A stretch of 64,000 nucleotides of DNA from Rhynchopus sp. YZ270_cl-10. Taxonomy: Eukaryota. Both the position numbers and the translations under genes were made by a program. The notes beneath the pieces were generated by a model. That model saw nothing but the letters and a program-made list of their open reading frames with translations. It had not been told where the DNA came from and did not search any database. The stretch covers positions 868,001-932,000 of the forward strand of contig OZ037835.1 of assembly GCA_964035575.1 (NCBI GenBank), given 5' to 3'. Positions 23,848-36,048 of the stretch are shown here, piece by piece; within the stretch, counting starts at the first letter, position 1; each line of letters begins with the position of its first letter.

Positions 23848-25448
23848 CCCTATACCTCCCAAGCCGTTTTTTCAAGCCACTTTTGGGTTTTGGTTTTTGG
23901 GGCTCTCCAACCGGTAAGGGGACCCCAGATGCAAATTTTTGATCGTACCTGGTCGCAATTGAAAGATTTTGAACACGGCTTTCAATTCCATTTTTTTAAG
24001 TTTTTTTTCGAAAAAAAATGCTATCCCCAAAATGAGGGAAGCATAAAATCCATATTTTGGTTTTTGACTAATTCGGCCGGCCGAGGAAACCCCCGTAAAT
24101 TATTATTGTCCGAAAATGGCGTTATTTGAAAGATTGATCACAAAATCTTTTCAAAGAAAAAAAAATCGAGCAAAAAGTCCTAGTAGAACCCAACTTACAT
24201 GAGTGCAGCTCTGTTAGCAGCCATGTCTAAAACTGATTTCCTTAACGATTTACACTGAAACATGTCTAAAAACGTAAAAAATGGGCGATTTTTCACAATT
24301 TGGGCATCTCCTGAGGTCGAAAGCCCCCAGAATGGGTCGGAACGGCCCTGTGACCCGAAAATCCATGAAAAAAGCACCCCGAAATACGAAAAAACAGTGA
24401 AAATTCGGCTTACTGTGTGCTCTGCATAGGTCGTGTGTGTGGGGTGTTTTTGTGGTTTTTGTGGCAACTCGCCCCAGCATCCAAATGGCAAACAGATGCA
24501 CAAAGGTTTTCGATTGTTGCTTATTTTAAAAGATTTGAGTCAAATAGTTTCCCTATAAACCAAAAGATTTTTACGAAAACAAGCAGAACCATTATCAGAT
24601 CATGATGACCCCTAGTCATAACCATGTCCTTCGGGTCGAAGGGGTGCCTCTTGGGTGGGTAGCAGTTCACAGATCCAAAGTGCAATCAGATGCGTAAAAG
24701 TTTTCAATTTTTGTTTCTTTTGAAAGATTCGTGTCAAAATCTTTGAAATATATAAAAATATTTTACCGAAAACGAGTAGAACCTCATACAGAGCATGGGG
24801 TGTCATTGAGGAACCAGAATAGGGGGTGCCCGTCCAAAGGGCCGTGAAAAGTGGTACTACTCCCCCCAGCATCGAAAGTAATATCGGATGCATAAAAGTT
24901 TTCGATTTTTGCTTCTTTTGAAAGATCGGTGCAAATTCTTTCAACATAAAAAAAGTGTTTTTACGAAAATGAGTAGAACCTATGTCAGAGCACGTTGCCT
25001 TACAGATTTTAGAATATGGGGGGGTCACAGGGGTGCTCACACCCCCACCCCGCCTCCCCCCAGCATCGAAAGTAATATGCGATGCATAAAAATTTTCGAT
25101 TCTTGCTTCTTTTGAAAGATCGGCGAAAAATCTTTCGAAATATATAAAAAATTGTGTTCACGAAAATGGGTAGAACCCGACTGAGGGCTTGGCGGCATTG
25201 GGTATCGCGAAAGGTACATATTGGGGGTGTGGGTGAAAAAACGTCACTTTTGGTGAAAGTAGCACCCCAGCCCCCAGCACCGAAAGTAATACCAGATGCA
25301 TGAAAGTTTTCGACTCTTGCTTCTTTTGAAAGATCGGTGCAAATTCTTTCCACATAAAAAAAAATGTTTTTACAAAAATGAGTTGAACCTGTCTAATAGC
25401 ATGGCGTCATTTCGAAAGCCATTAAAGTGGCTCTTGGGGCGTATAGGG
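23848..25448. mobile_element. piggyBac-like non-autonomous element with four internal ~115 bp repeats (24688-25390)
   Basis: TTAA|CCCTATAC..CCCAAG ... CTTGGGGCGTATAGGG|TTAA. Confidence 0.65.
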
Positions 25449-25585
25449 TTAATGAAATAAAAAAGAATGCGAAGAGGGTGCAAAAAATGTACCCTTGCTG
25501 CAGGAATAACAAAATACTTAAGCAAAAAAAAAAATTCGAGGGTCTAGGTATGGAGAGCGAGCACCTTAGAAGCGTCGTAGGCAAC

Positions 25586-25697
25586 CCGTGTTTTTTGTGT
25601 ATAAATAGTACCCGGTCAAAATGCCGGTCAAAATGGGGTGCCGGTCAAATTACATACCCTATTTTGACCGGGTACTATTTGTACACAAAAATACCCG
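25586..25697. mobile_element. Small hairpin/MITE with CCGGTCAAA sub-repeats
   Basis: TTTTTGTGTATAAATAGTACCCGGTCAAAAT pairs with ATTTTGACCGGGTACTATTTGTACACAAAAA. Confidence 0.55.
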
Positions 25698-25959
25698 ATT
25701 TTTTCGGGAATTTTTGACAACACACTGGTTGAGTTACCGGTCAGAACCGGTCAAATTACATACCCCCCATAAAGAAAACACTTTTTCGTTTATCGCACCG
25801 CAAAAGGTTTGTGTTTTTCACTGATGAATGTGAGTGATGTTAGTGGAAAACCAATACGCTAAAGCGGGCACGCACCATCCGTCGTTTTCCATTTCTATTC
25901 GTCAATGCTTGATAACACAAAAAAAAAAAAAACTGCCCCCTTCCCTTCCCTTTCCCCTT

Positions 25960-26262
25960 TTATTGATCAACGTCTTTCTTGCCTTCTTCGATGACTTCTA
26001 ATTCGTCTGGTGAGGTGGATTTGTCAGTTTCCGCATCGACAGTGGTTGCTCTGCACGCAAAGTACAACGCAAAGAACACACAGCAGATGAACACCATCAC
26101 CGCGACCACGATAATGACCTCTTCGTCCTTCAGGTTGTCGTCGTTGGTGTCCGTGGTGTTGGTCGTGTTTGCATCATCCGCATCTTCTGCCGCATGCACG
26201 GTCAACGTGCTGCATAGCAACGCAATGTATAAAGCAGTCGCAAACCCCCATAATTGTTGCAT
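25960..26262 (-). CDS. Small type I membrane protein (100 aa)
   Basis: Signal-peptide-like N-terminus ending VHA-AED, acidic ectodomain with N-x-T sites, one TM (VIIVVAVMVFICCVFFALYFAC), acidic tail. Confidence 0.75.
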   Translation of the reverse strand: MQQLWGFATALYIALLCSTLTVHAAEDADDANTTNTTDTNDDNLKDEEVIIVVAVMVFICCVFFALYFACRATTVDAETDKSTSPDELEVIEEGKKDVDQ

Positions 26263-28662
26263 AGTGTGTGTGTAGCTCTGAATAGAATAAGTTTATGTGG
26301 TTAAAACCATTTCGGGAAGTACACCGTGGACCAATCAAACTGAAGTTGTTGATGCAGGCATGATCCACGTATGATGCCAGACATCCGTCTAGGTTTGAAT
26401 AGATGTAGTACATTAAGCCCAAAAATCCGTTCTCTGCGTTTAGAACAAAAACTTCTCCTTGAAAAAAGGAAGAAGCAAAATAAGCGGCCGACCAAATGCG
26501 TGAGTTTATATGGTTGAACCCCTTTCGAGAAGTACACCGTAGATCGATCAAATGTTGGGCCAGGCTTTGAGCTTGGTCATAACGAGGTCGGAGTAGGTGG
26601 TAGATGTATTGGTGGTTGTACTGCAGGAATATGAGATTTTTAAAAGGGAGGAGATGAACGGCATGGCCTTGGACAGGAGGCTGGGTGACATTGGGAAAAT
26701 GTGAAAAATTCGCGTCGCCGAAAAATTCCTGCAAAAGCTTCCGTGCACCATGAAGCAAGCTTCTGGGTATGTGCACAGTGCCAGCTATTTTAAAGGATAA
26801 AAGAAAAAAGAAATTTTCTCGAGATGCGCTTTGCTTTGTTGCTGAAAGGACTGCGAAAATGGGGGGGGAAATAGGGGATTTTTCTTTGGTGAATAAAAAC
26901 AATTTGACTTGAAATACAAAAGCCCTCTGAAACAGGTGTAACTTGGTACATGCCCGGTGCACCGTGGGTGGACCCCCTACCATACAGTCTTACAATTCAT
27001 TTGGAAGCTAATATAGACAAAACAGATCTGCAGCGGTACAATGGTGCGAATGCTTTGTAAAAAGCATTGCGAGGCAAACGTGCCACTCACCCCCCTTCTT
27101 GTAGTTGTCTTGATGCATTGACGCTTCCCACAAAGTATCGCGAGGCAGCACCAGTGGCACTGCAAAAGCCATGCAACAGAACACTACACAAAAGCGAATG
27201 ACTGACAACAAAATGAGGGGACACCCCACCCCCATGCACACCCCCAGCAAAAAAACTCTAAAAAATTCTCCCAAAAAACTAAAAACCACCCAGAAAACCC
27301 CTGGCATAATTCTTGAACGCAAAATAACCGGAACTTTTGGCCAAATTTTCGGAACTTGGAACAGTGTTACGGCCCAGTATTTTTTGGTTGACGGTATGTA
27401 AAGAAAAGTTTATAAGATGATCCTAAGCCTCTCGTGCTTAGTCACCTTATCATATTCGTTATCGCACAGCTTCAGCTGCGCTGGCTTCTACAAGTTTGTT
27501 GTCAGGGAAGATGTCATTTCCCCAGCTGGAGTTCGTGATTTTGGCACGTACGATGACGTGTAAAAGCCAGGCAACACAACGCTGCGCAAAATCGAATGAC
27601 TGACACAAAATGAGGGGAGAGGAACCTGCAGAACAAACCCAACCTCGTTAGAAGTAGGGTGGCACGACACAAAAAAAAATTAAGTAACAAATGCCATAAT
27701 ATGCATAAGAACTTACGACAAAAAAAAAATCCCAAAAAAAAAAAATAGTTGTCGTCTTATCGTCGTATCACGAGTAAGATCTTACTCATGTGCATATTTT
27801 TTTTTTTTTTTTTTTTACTAGTAATTTCAGGGCCTTCAACCATCGACAAAGTCTGTCCACAGTTTTGTCGAAGTAAAAAAAAAAAAAAAAAAAACTGACC
27901 TCCCCGAGCCCGCGCGCGCTTCGCGCGCGCGGGTGTAGCAAATCACAGGGAGAAGCTCTCAGGGGTTTATACAGGTTTTGGTCATTTTTGAAAACTCGGT
28001 CAGCCAAAAAAATCCGCCTGTCCCACACACGTGTGTTTCAACACAAGCAGCATTGGTAGCTTTGTAGCCACTGGTGATCCACAAGCCGTAGTGGGTATCA
28101 CACCTGTCGTATCAGTAAGCTCAGTACATTTATAACAACAAAGGTCCCTGGCGAAGCCACGGTACGCAACATTTCAAATATTGCGCATACCATGGCGCTT
28201 TATTTACAGCCAAACTATGTCATGGGAAGGGTGGGATGCCTGCTTGCGCCGCAGGCGCACGGTACGCTACTTTTGTCTGGCTCACTCCTCGTTGGTTTCT
28301 ACGAGCTCTGTCCAAATGGTCACAGTGGATCACAGGAGAATGTTAAAGTTAAAACCCTGAACCGAGTTTCTCCCGTGGACTACCCTGCAACTCGGTCAGA
28401 AATAAAAGGATTTTGCCAAAATCCCATATTTTTTTTAGATTTGTCGAACTTCGACAAAAAAAAAAACCAAAAAAAAAAAGTTGTCGAAGTTACTGGGGGG
28501 GAGCTAATACAAGTACCGGGTACTTGTATTGAGCGGGTAAAACTAATAGATCCGGGTTTTTCAAAAATAAAAAAGGTGATGGGGGTACTTGTATTAAAAA
28601 CTTTTTCCCTGTACATTTTGTATGGGGGGAAAATAATTTTTTTTGTATGGGACAACGCCTTA

Positions 28663-29909
28663 GGGCAGGCTCACTTTTGTCTGTGTTTATTGCTCGCGCG
28701 CGCGGAAAATTTTGAGAATTCCAAAAAAAAAAAGATGGAAAAAAAAAAAAAACATTGTAGTAATAAAAGGTGTGAGGGAGAGAGTAGTGGGGCTTGAGGG
28801 TGATTTTGTGCACCAAGTTCCTACAAAAATATTGTGAAATGTTTCAAAAAAAGATCGACGGGATTTATTTTTGTGAGGTTCCGGGAAACCCGCAAACCCG
28901 CAAGTTCTTTTACACCGCTGTCCTCTCCTGTCCCTCCCAAACGCCCCTACCCACTGAGCAAGATAAAACAATAAGCTCGCGTTTCTTTTATCGAGCAGAT
29001 CTTATTCTCCGCCCCGTACCCAAAACGTAAACACCACTTTAATTCAGAAAAAATATTTTACTCTTCTTTTGTCTTCCACACGCGCTGATTTTTGTGTTCG
29101 CTATTTTTTTTAACCATGAACCTCCCCCACGCAAATGACTGCTTCTACGAGTGCACCATCATGATGGACAAGCAGCCCGCGTTTGAGACCGTCACGAACG
29201 TAAAGGCAACAGAGAGCAGTACGCTGACACTTGCTCAGCTGCTCAACCGCCTCCTGTTGCAGTGGGGGAAAACCTGCGACGGAGAGCGGACGGTGTGTGT
29301 GAAGCGTGCTGCAAAGGACAACTGGAAGGAGGCGTCGCTGGGGTTCCCGTGTTCTGTGCTGGAGAAGATGGGGTACACGAGGGTGTTGTTCAAACTGACA
29401 CCGTTAGCCCCTGAGGTGGTGGAAACCCCCAAACCTACCTTGTACGAGAAGCTGATTAATCCACAGAAGGTGAATGCCACCCCCTTTTCTTCTCCCAAAT
29501 CGTGGGCGGTGACCGCGAACAAGGTAATGGAGAACTACCCACTGCAGTTTCAGCGGGACCAGCTGATGTGTGCCTCCTCTTTGTTTGAAAACATCGGGAG
29601 GCTGCTCGTGCAGCTCGACGGCAGCGGGCTGGACTCCGACCTGGTCACGGAGTTCAGCGGGGTGAACAAGGCCATCGCGCATAGGAGAAAAAAAAAAGAC
29701 AAAAAAAAAGAGCACAAAGCAAAACGTAACAAAAATTTCATAAACCCATTTGACCCCCAATAATAGATTCTCCATCCCCAACGTGTGTGTGTTTTTTTTT
29801 TCTTATTTTTTTTTTCCATGTTTTTTTTTCCATGTTTTTTTCTTGCGCGCGCGCGCGGAAAATTTTTGGGCCCTCCGAGCATTAAACACAGACAAAAGTG
29901 AGCCTGCCC
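28663..29909. mobile_element. PIF/Harbinger-like element (TTA TSD), innermost insertion
   Basis: TTA|GGGCAGGCTCACTTTTGTCTGTGTTTATTGCTCG ... CGAGCATTAAACACAGACAAAAGTGAGCCTGCCC|TTA. Confidence 0.85.
29117..29763 (+). CDS. Hypothetical ~215 aa protein inside the Harbinger-like element, with a basic NLS-like C-terminus
   Basis: Open frame with coding-like GC content within AT-rich flanks (MNLPHANDCFY...RRKKKDKKK). No domain recognised. Confidence 0.5.
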
Positions 29910-30837
29910 TTAGCAAAAATCCGAAAAATCGAGAAACGAGAAAAGGTGTGAAGCAGGCTTCGCGCTAACTTTTAGAAAAAATCTGAAAAATCATGTTTCG
30001 GGCCCAAAAACGCACCTCAAATAGTTGCGACGGGTAACGTCTGGGGTGAAAAAACAGTGTTTTGTGGCATTTCTGAGACAATCCCGCGCTGTGGTGGGGC
30101 ATATTCGGGAAAATGGACAAAATTTTAGTGACTTAAATTTTCACAAAATATGAACCCAGACTCCTAAACAAGGGGCATTTTCAGTCTGAAAACCCAATTT
30201 CAGATGAAATTGTGGTGCTTTTGACTGGGAACAGGTAGCGCCGCAGGTGCACGGTACCCAACTTTTTTCGTTTTTTCTTTTCTCTGGTTTCTTTTGATTG
30301 CGCGAGCTGATTGCTCTCCACGGTGGGGTCACATGTGGGTACAAAAACACTCTAAGTACCTTTACTATGAAATATGAGATTCTCTGGTTTTGGTAAAGAA
30401 ACCCCGGTTTGCAAAAAACGCACCACAAAAATATCCAAAAATCCCGGGCCAAGGGCCAACAATTAGCGCAAAGCCTGGCACCGAAATAGAAAAAAAAAAA
30501 ATTCTCGATTTTTTGTGGGTAAAAATTGCTGGGAAAATTTTTTTGGCACCACCTGCTAAGAAAAACGTACACAAAAGTGGGGGGTACTTGTATTAAAAAT
30601 ATAAATTAATTTAAATCGAAAAACCCGGGGGGTACTTGTATTTGCAGGGGTACTTGTATTACCCGGGGGTACTTGTATTAGCCCCCCCCCCAGTAAGGCT
30701 TAACTTCGACACGTTGAAGGCCCTGAGTAATTTTTTGCTCGAAAACACCGGCACTTGCATTTCCTGGATCCGCCCGTTCTGTGGTGGGGTCGATTTGCCG
30801 AAATGGACGAGTTTTTATAACTTTTGGCGTGTTGCAT

Positions 30838-31670
30838 AACCGATTCCTCGTGTTTCTACCACTTGTCACACGCGCTGGAAAATTTTTTTTTGTTGGTGAA
30901 GCTTTTAAACGCCGGCATTTGCATTTCCGGAATCCGTCTGGCCAGTGGTGGGGTCAATTTGCAGAAATGGACGAGTTCTCGTTTTTGGTCAATTTCCGCA
31001 CAGTACAGTACAGTACAGTACAGTACAGTACAGTACAGTACAGTACAGTACAGTACAGTACAGTACAGTACAGTACAGTACAGTACAGTACAGTACAGTA
31101 CAGTACAGTACAGTACAGTACAGTACAGTACAGTACAGTACAGTACAGTACAGTACAGTACAGTACAGTACAGTACAGTACAGTACAGTACAGTACAGTA
31201 CAGTACAGTACAGTACAGTACAGTACAGTACAGTACAGTACAGTACAGTACAGTACAGTACAGTACAGTACAGTACAGTACAGTACAGTACAGTACAGTA
31301 CAGTACAGTACAGTACAGTACAGTACAGTACAGTACAGTACAGTACAGTACAGTACAGTACAGTACAGTACAGTACAGTACAGTACAGTACAGTACAGTA
31401 CAGTACAGTACAGTACAGTACAGTACAGTACAGTACAGTACAGTACAGTACAGTACAGTACAGTACAGTACAGTACAGTACAGTACAGTACAGTACAGTA
31501 CAGTACAGTACAGTACAGTACAGTACAGCTGGCCAAAAAAAATGTCGAAAACCACTTTTTTTGTCAGTTTCGTGACATCCCAGCCAGTTGCGTCCCCAGT
31601 CTGTCAAATCTGTGCCTCTGTATGCCTACAACATAGAGAAGCCCCTGGTAAAAAAAAAAAAAAAAAAAAC
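30838..31670 (+). repeat. Interspersed repeat, copy 2, carrying (CAGTA)~105 at 31001-31528
   Basis: Flanks are homologous to 22012-22840. Perfect 5-mer array and A-rich end. Confidence 0.9.
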
Positions 31671-32188
31671 GCACATGAGTAAGATCTTAAGACTTTCCAA
31701 AAAACCCTGTTTTTTTGGCGTAATATATTATGCATATTATGAAATGGGAGGGAGAGTTTTTTTGTGAATAGATTGAGTTGTACAAACGGCAAGACAAAAC
31801 AAAAAGAGAACCACGCAAACCCCCTACCCAAAGCCTCCTGTGCATACGGCCCGAGTCGGGCAGAAAAATACTCCCTGAGTCCAGGCTGAGTCTGGACTTA
31901 CTCAGCCTCGATTTTGTCCGGTACGTAATATAACTTATCCTGGGCTCAGCCAAACTCAGGCTGAGTCGGCCCGTGGTATAGTGCATAGCATGCCAAAGGA
32001 TGATTACACAGATACTCTTTTTTTTACGATTTTTCAAATAAAAGTGGACACACCCCTTCTCGGGTACAAATAAGATGCTGACAACCCCCTTATGGTGGTC
32101 ACATCGCAAAAGAACAGCTTCCGCCAGCAGTTAAAAAAAATATGCCCAATCGGTTTTCTCTTTAACATTATTTTTCCCCCCATCCCCG

Positions 32189-34363
32189 CTAGACTGCACT
32201 CCCACTCAAGGACTGTACTTCGTATACTCCTGCCAGCTCTTTGAAGACTGTGGTAACGTTCTGGAGGGTGGCAGGCATTGTCGCATGCTGTGGGGGCTCA
32301 TACAGGCACCGTGCACCTAGTCGAACAGCGTCGTCACATAGCGCAGCGGCACGCCGCACGGTCGCCCCCATGACAGTCACAAAACGTTGCTTTCGTGCCC
32401 CGACCGTACCATACTGCACCGTACCGCTTACCATCGCCATCCCTGCAAGCGGAACTCCGGACAGCGCACGCTGCGCAAAGCGGATGGCATTCTCTGTGTG
32501 CGCCGGGGCAGACCGGGTGAGATTCCACCCTACGTGGACACGGTTGCCTACCATTGCGACAACAGTTCCCCCACTCTGGTCTAAGGCGACTGTGAGGGTG
32601 GAGAGGGCGTTGCTCATTGTCTGCATGACCGCAGTGTTGCCTTCATCTCCTACGTCCACGTCAAGCACTCCTAATGTCGCTTCAAAGCACCTGTGTGTAG
32701 CGGGAAGCACACCAGAGCTCTCCGAGTTTGAGAACGAATGTGTCGACCCGGAGTCGCATTTCTCCGCCTTGCGGATAGGTATCGTGCACTCTATCAGTTT
32801 GGTATGTTGTCGTCCACCAAGCGATACGGGCCACACACAGCATACAAAGGTCGTCCCCGATACACCCTTCAAATCAAGAGCCTCAGAGGCACCTACAACA
32901 GCAGAGATCGCACCGCACTCTGCAGACCATAGGTCTGTGCGTACTGCCACTGCGCCTGGTGTGCAGATGCTCTCAAGGCGTGACGCAACGTTGACAGTGT
33001 GTCCGAAGTAGTCGATTCTCCCGGTCAGTGTGCTCGAATCTATCGAGACCGGTCCGGAGTTGACACCAATGCGAACGGTGAGGCCGCACCACAGTGCGCC
33101 CTGCTTTGCGCAGATCGGTGCGTTTTCGAGGAGAGAGGCGGGCCAGTCTGCTTCACGTAGAAGTTCGTGTACACGGAGACCAAATTCGATACCGTGCTGG
33201 GTGGAGGAGAAGGCGACCATGAAGGCGTCGCCGATGGTTTTGACTTCATATCCGCCGAAGGAGAGCATGGTGGCGCGCATGATGGTGTTGTGGATGCGGA
33301 GTGCGGGACGCATACCGTCGGGTGCGTGCTGCCAGATCCACGTGGAGGAACGGATGTCCGTGAACACCACCGTCGCCACCTCGCTTGCGACCCCCGGTGG
33401 AATCACCGACAGTCTTTGCGCATCCTCTTCTTCCTCCTCAAACAGCGCAGCAGGGAGGTAGGGACGGTACTTCCTGAGATTCTGCTCCATCCTTCTCAGA
33501 GAAGCATGCATCGCTTCTGGAAGCTGTCTCTCCGAATCAAGCATACGCGCCACACCCTCGACATCGTACCCCGCCAGCAGCCCTGCAATCTCCTGCACAA
33601 CGTTGATTGTCCTTTCCATCGACGCTTGCTCCGCTAGCACATCTCTTGCAAACCCACGCGTCACAATAAAGTCCATCAAAAAGACTGCCATAGAACCTAC
33701 GACACCTGATGCCGCATGCTTTGATGCACACGGCACCTTCTCGCAGTTGGTTAATTCCGTGAAGTACACATCACGTCCAAACTCTCCACTCTGAGGTCTC
33801 AACCCAGGCAAATCGAACAGCCCGAACCGAAAGGTCTCCTCAAACGCAGTAAAGAGCAACCACACCGCCGTTATCCCCACTACCGTCAATGTGTAGTTCG
33901 GGCTCATCTCCATGACAAGAAGAAGGTCAATCACGCCAATCAAAAGCGGCCAAGAGACCACGTGGATCAATCGTGTGCTCAAATCTGATATGTAAATACA
34001 GAGGCAAGTGATAGCGATAATGGTGAGAATGAATCGGTCGGAGAGCGGGAGTTTGCAAAGGATAACGACCATCGTTGTGACCCCAGTGGCCAAGAGTGTC
34101 AGCAGTGTGGCCATCATGAGGGGAATGTGGGTCTGCTGCTTGAAGGTCAGAGAGAGCCCAAGGAGGGTGAAGACAGCCAGGATTGCGGCGAAGCAGAGCA
34201 ACACACGGCGTCGCTTCAGATCCTTCTTGCTTAGCGTGCCGTTCAACGAGACAGCGTCTTCCACAAGCCCAGCAGTCTCATTGTTGCCCCAGTATGCAGT
34301 GTGCTCTGCAATGTGTTGTAAAACGGTGGGAGGGTAGTGAGGGGGACTTGAGTAGTGTAACAC
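32189..34363 (-). CDS. Multi-TM receptor-type class III adenylate cyclase with a degenerate second cyclase-like domain; true start uncertain
   Basis: About 6 hydrophobic segments, then VVFTDIRSST, YEVKTIGDAFMVAF, VRIGVNSG, DYFGHTVNVASRLES. The C-terminal region has GTVQYGTVG..KQRFVTVMG. Confidence 0.88.
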   Translation of the reverse strand: MLHYSSPPHYPPTVLQHIAEHTAYWGNNETAGLVEDAVSLNGTLSKKDLKRRRVLLCFAAILAVFTLLGLSLTFKQQTHIPLMMATLLTLLATGVTTMVVILCKLPLSDRFILTIIAITCLCIYISDLSTRLIHVVSWPLLIGVIDLLLVMEMSPNYTLTVVGITAVWLLFTAFEETFRFGLFDLPGLRPQSGEFGRDVYFTELTNCEKVPCASKHAASGVVGSMAVFLMDFIVTRGFARDVLAEQASMERTINVVQEIAGLLAGYDVEGVARMLDSERQLPEAMHASLRRMEQNLRKYRPYLPAALFEEEEEDAQRLSVIPPGVASEVATVVFTDIRSSTWIWQHAPDGMRPALRIHNTIMRATMLSFGGYEVKTIGDAFMVAFSSTQHGIEFGLRVHELLREADWPASLLENAPICAKQGALWCGLTVRIGVNSGPVSIDSSTLTGRIDYFGHTVNVASRLESICTPGAVAVRTDLWSAECGAISAVVGASEALDLKGVSGTTFVCCVWPVSLGGRQHTKLIECTIPIRKAEKCDSGSTHSFSNSESSGVLPATHRCFEATLGVLDVDVGDEGNTAVMQTMSNALSTLTVALDQSGGTVVAMVGNRVHVGWNLTRSAPAHTENAIRFAQRALSGVPLAGMAMVSGTVQYGTVGARKQRFVTVMGATVRRAAALCDDAVRLGARCLYEPPQHATMPATLQNVTTVFKELAGVYEVQSLSGSAV

Positions 34364-34674
34364 TGCAGGAGAGATAAAAACAAAAAGAACGCCGGGAGGG
34401 GGAACGAAGGGCTCAGGATGGATGGTTCATGGTCCTGATGGACGATGAACCTCTGCAGCGCCCGCTTTGGCGGTACACATGCGAGCGTTTGTTTGCGGTT
34501 TAAGAGCGGAAGGTAGGTGGCTGAAGAGGGGCGAGAGGAGGAGGAGGAGGAGGAGGAGGGATGTATTTGGTCAACGCTTTCACTCCGACGAACGTTGCAA
34601 CGTGTCTACCGTGACTCAGTGCAAGGAGACGCTTGACCCATGGTCGAAGTCGGATGAGGGTTTGCGACCTCTAG

Positions 34675-36048
34675 TTACAACAGTGCATCAGTCAGCACCT
34701 GCACAACGTCTTTGTGATCTTCCTCCACCGCATACTGCAACGCAGTGTAGTTCTTGACAGTGTCTCGGTGATGCAGTTCCACCTCTGGCAAGCCCACAAG
34801 ATAGCGCACAATCTCGGTGCGTCCTAAACGTGCCGCAAGCATAAGACACGTTCGCCCTGAATCATTTGTGGCACGCACTCCCGCACCTGCTCTGACCAAC
34901 ATCTTCACAACGTCAAGTACTCCTGATTCGCAAGCATAGTGCAGAGGTGAATATCTGTAGTTGTTCTGTGTGTTGACGTCTGCACCTGCATCAATCAGCA
35001 CCTGCACCACGTCTCTGCGTTTCTCGCTCACATCCCAAAGTGCTAATTGCAACGCAGTGCCGTTGTCAGTGTCTCGCTGGTTCACATCGACCTCTGGCAA
35101 GCACAAAAGATAGCGCACAATCTCGGTGTGTCCAAAACGTGCGGCATGCGAAAGACACGTGTGCCCTACGTAATTTGTGTCACGCACTCCCACACCTGCT
35201 CTGACCAACATCTTCACAACGTCAAGTGCTCCTTCATAGCAAGCAGAATGCAGAGGTGAATATCTGTTCCGGTTCTGTTGTATGTCGATATCAGCACCTG
35301 CATCAAGCAGCACCTGCACCACGTCTGTCGCCTTCTTCTGTATCGCTAAGCGCAACGCAGTGTCGTTGCCAGCATCTGCCTCAGCTCGGTATTTCACATC
35401 GACCTCTGGCAAGCCCACAAGATAGCGAACAGTCTCGGTGTGTCCAGAACACGCCGCAAGGATAAGACACGTGTCCCCTTCGTAATCTGTGGCACGCACT
35501 CCCGCACCTGCTCTGACCAACATCTTCACAACGCCAAGTGCTCCTGATTCGCAAGCATAGTGCAGAGGCGACCATCCATTATGACCTTTCGTTTGTAAGT
35601 CTGCCCCTGCATCAATCAAGATGCGACACACTGCAGGGTCTGACCACATGGCCGGACAGTGACTCGCTGACGGACGAGCGCTGTACTTCGACGTGTGACG
35701 GACAAACGCCACGTTGTTGCAGACGGACTTCCAATGCTGCAAGAGGACCTCCGTGCACACAACGTGGTCTGCGTGGACACACTCACTCAGCAGGATCCCA
35801 AAGTCCACCTGCGTTGTCTCAACATACGGAAGAAGCAGTGTGAGGCATTCATCGTGGTTCCCTCTGCATGCCTCGTGCGCAGCATCGAAGGCCACTGCTT
35901 TTCTGTCTGGGTTGAACTTGTCAAAGACCGCCCGCACGGCAGTCGTGTCGCCGTTCCTGGCAGCCTCCATCAAGACCTCGTCTGCAGAAAGCTGTCTTCT
36001 CTTTCGTGGGTTCTCGTCCTGCGTGCTGTCTGCGTGTCGCTTCGGCAT
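34675..36048 (-). CDS. Ankyrin-repeat family member 2 (457 aa)
   Basis: Family start MPKRH at 36048; ends VQVLTDALL*. Confidence 0.92.
   Translation of the reverse strand: MPKRHADSTQDENPRKRRQLSADEVLMEAARNGDTTAVRAVFDKFNPDRKAVAFDAAHEACRGNHDECLTLLLPYVETTQVDFGILLSECVHADHVVCTEVLLQHWKSVCNNVAFVRHTSKYSARPSASHCPAMWSDPAVCRILIDAGADLQTKGHNGWSPLHYACESGALGVVKMLVRAGAGVRATDYEGDTCLILAACSGHTETVRYLVGLPEVDVKYRAEADAGNDTALRLAIQKKATDVVQVLLDAGADIDIQQNRNRYSPLHSACYEGALDVVKMLVRAGVGVRDTNYVGHTCLSHAARFGHTEIVRYLLCLPEVDVNQRDTDNGTALQLALWDVSEKRRDVVQVLIDAGADVNTQNNYRYSPLHYACESGVLDVVKMLVRAGAGVRATNDSGRTCLMLAARLGRTEIVRYLVGLPEVELHHRDTVKNYTALQYAVEEDHKDVVQVLTDALL

Larger units (their letters stand above)
28493..30693. mobile_element. 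Tc1/mariner-like non-autonomous element nested in the hAT-like element
   Basis: TA|CTGGGGGGG.GCTAATACAAGTACC ... GGTACTTGTATTAGCCCCCCCCCCAG|TA with GGTACTTGTATT subterminal repeats. Removing it restores the palindrome GTCGAAGTTAAG-G-CTTAACTTCGAC. Confidence 0.85.
27828..30725. mobile_element. hAT-like non-autonomous element, host of nested insertions
   Basis: 13 bp TIR CAGGGCCTTCAAC / GTTGAAGGCCCTG and a perfect 8 bp TSD AGTAATTT. Confidence 0.85.

Noticed and set aside
26174..26983. 269 aa minus-strand ORF containing a ~50 bp direct repeat
   Set aside because: Non-ATG start, overlaps the membrane-protein gene out of frame, no domain.
30781..31682. ORFs of (VQYST)n/(CTVLY)n
   Set aside because: Translations of (CAGTA)n. 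The array has no spacers, so it is not CRISPR, and it is not a TTAGGG-type telomere.
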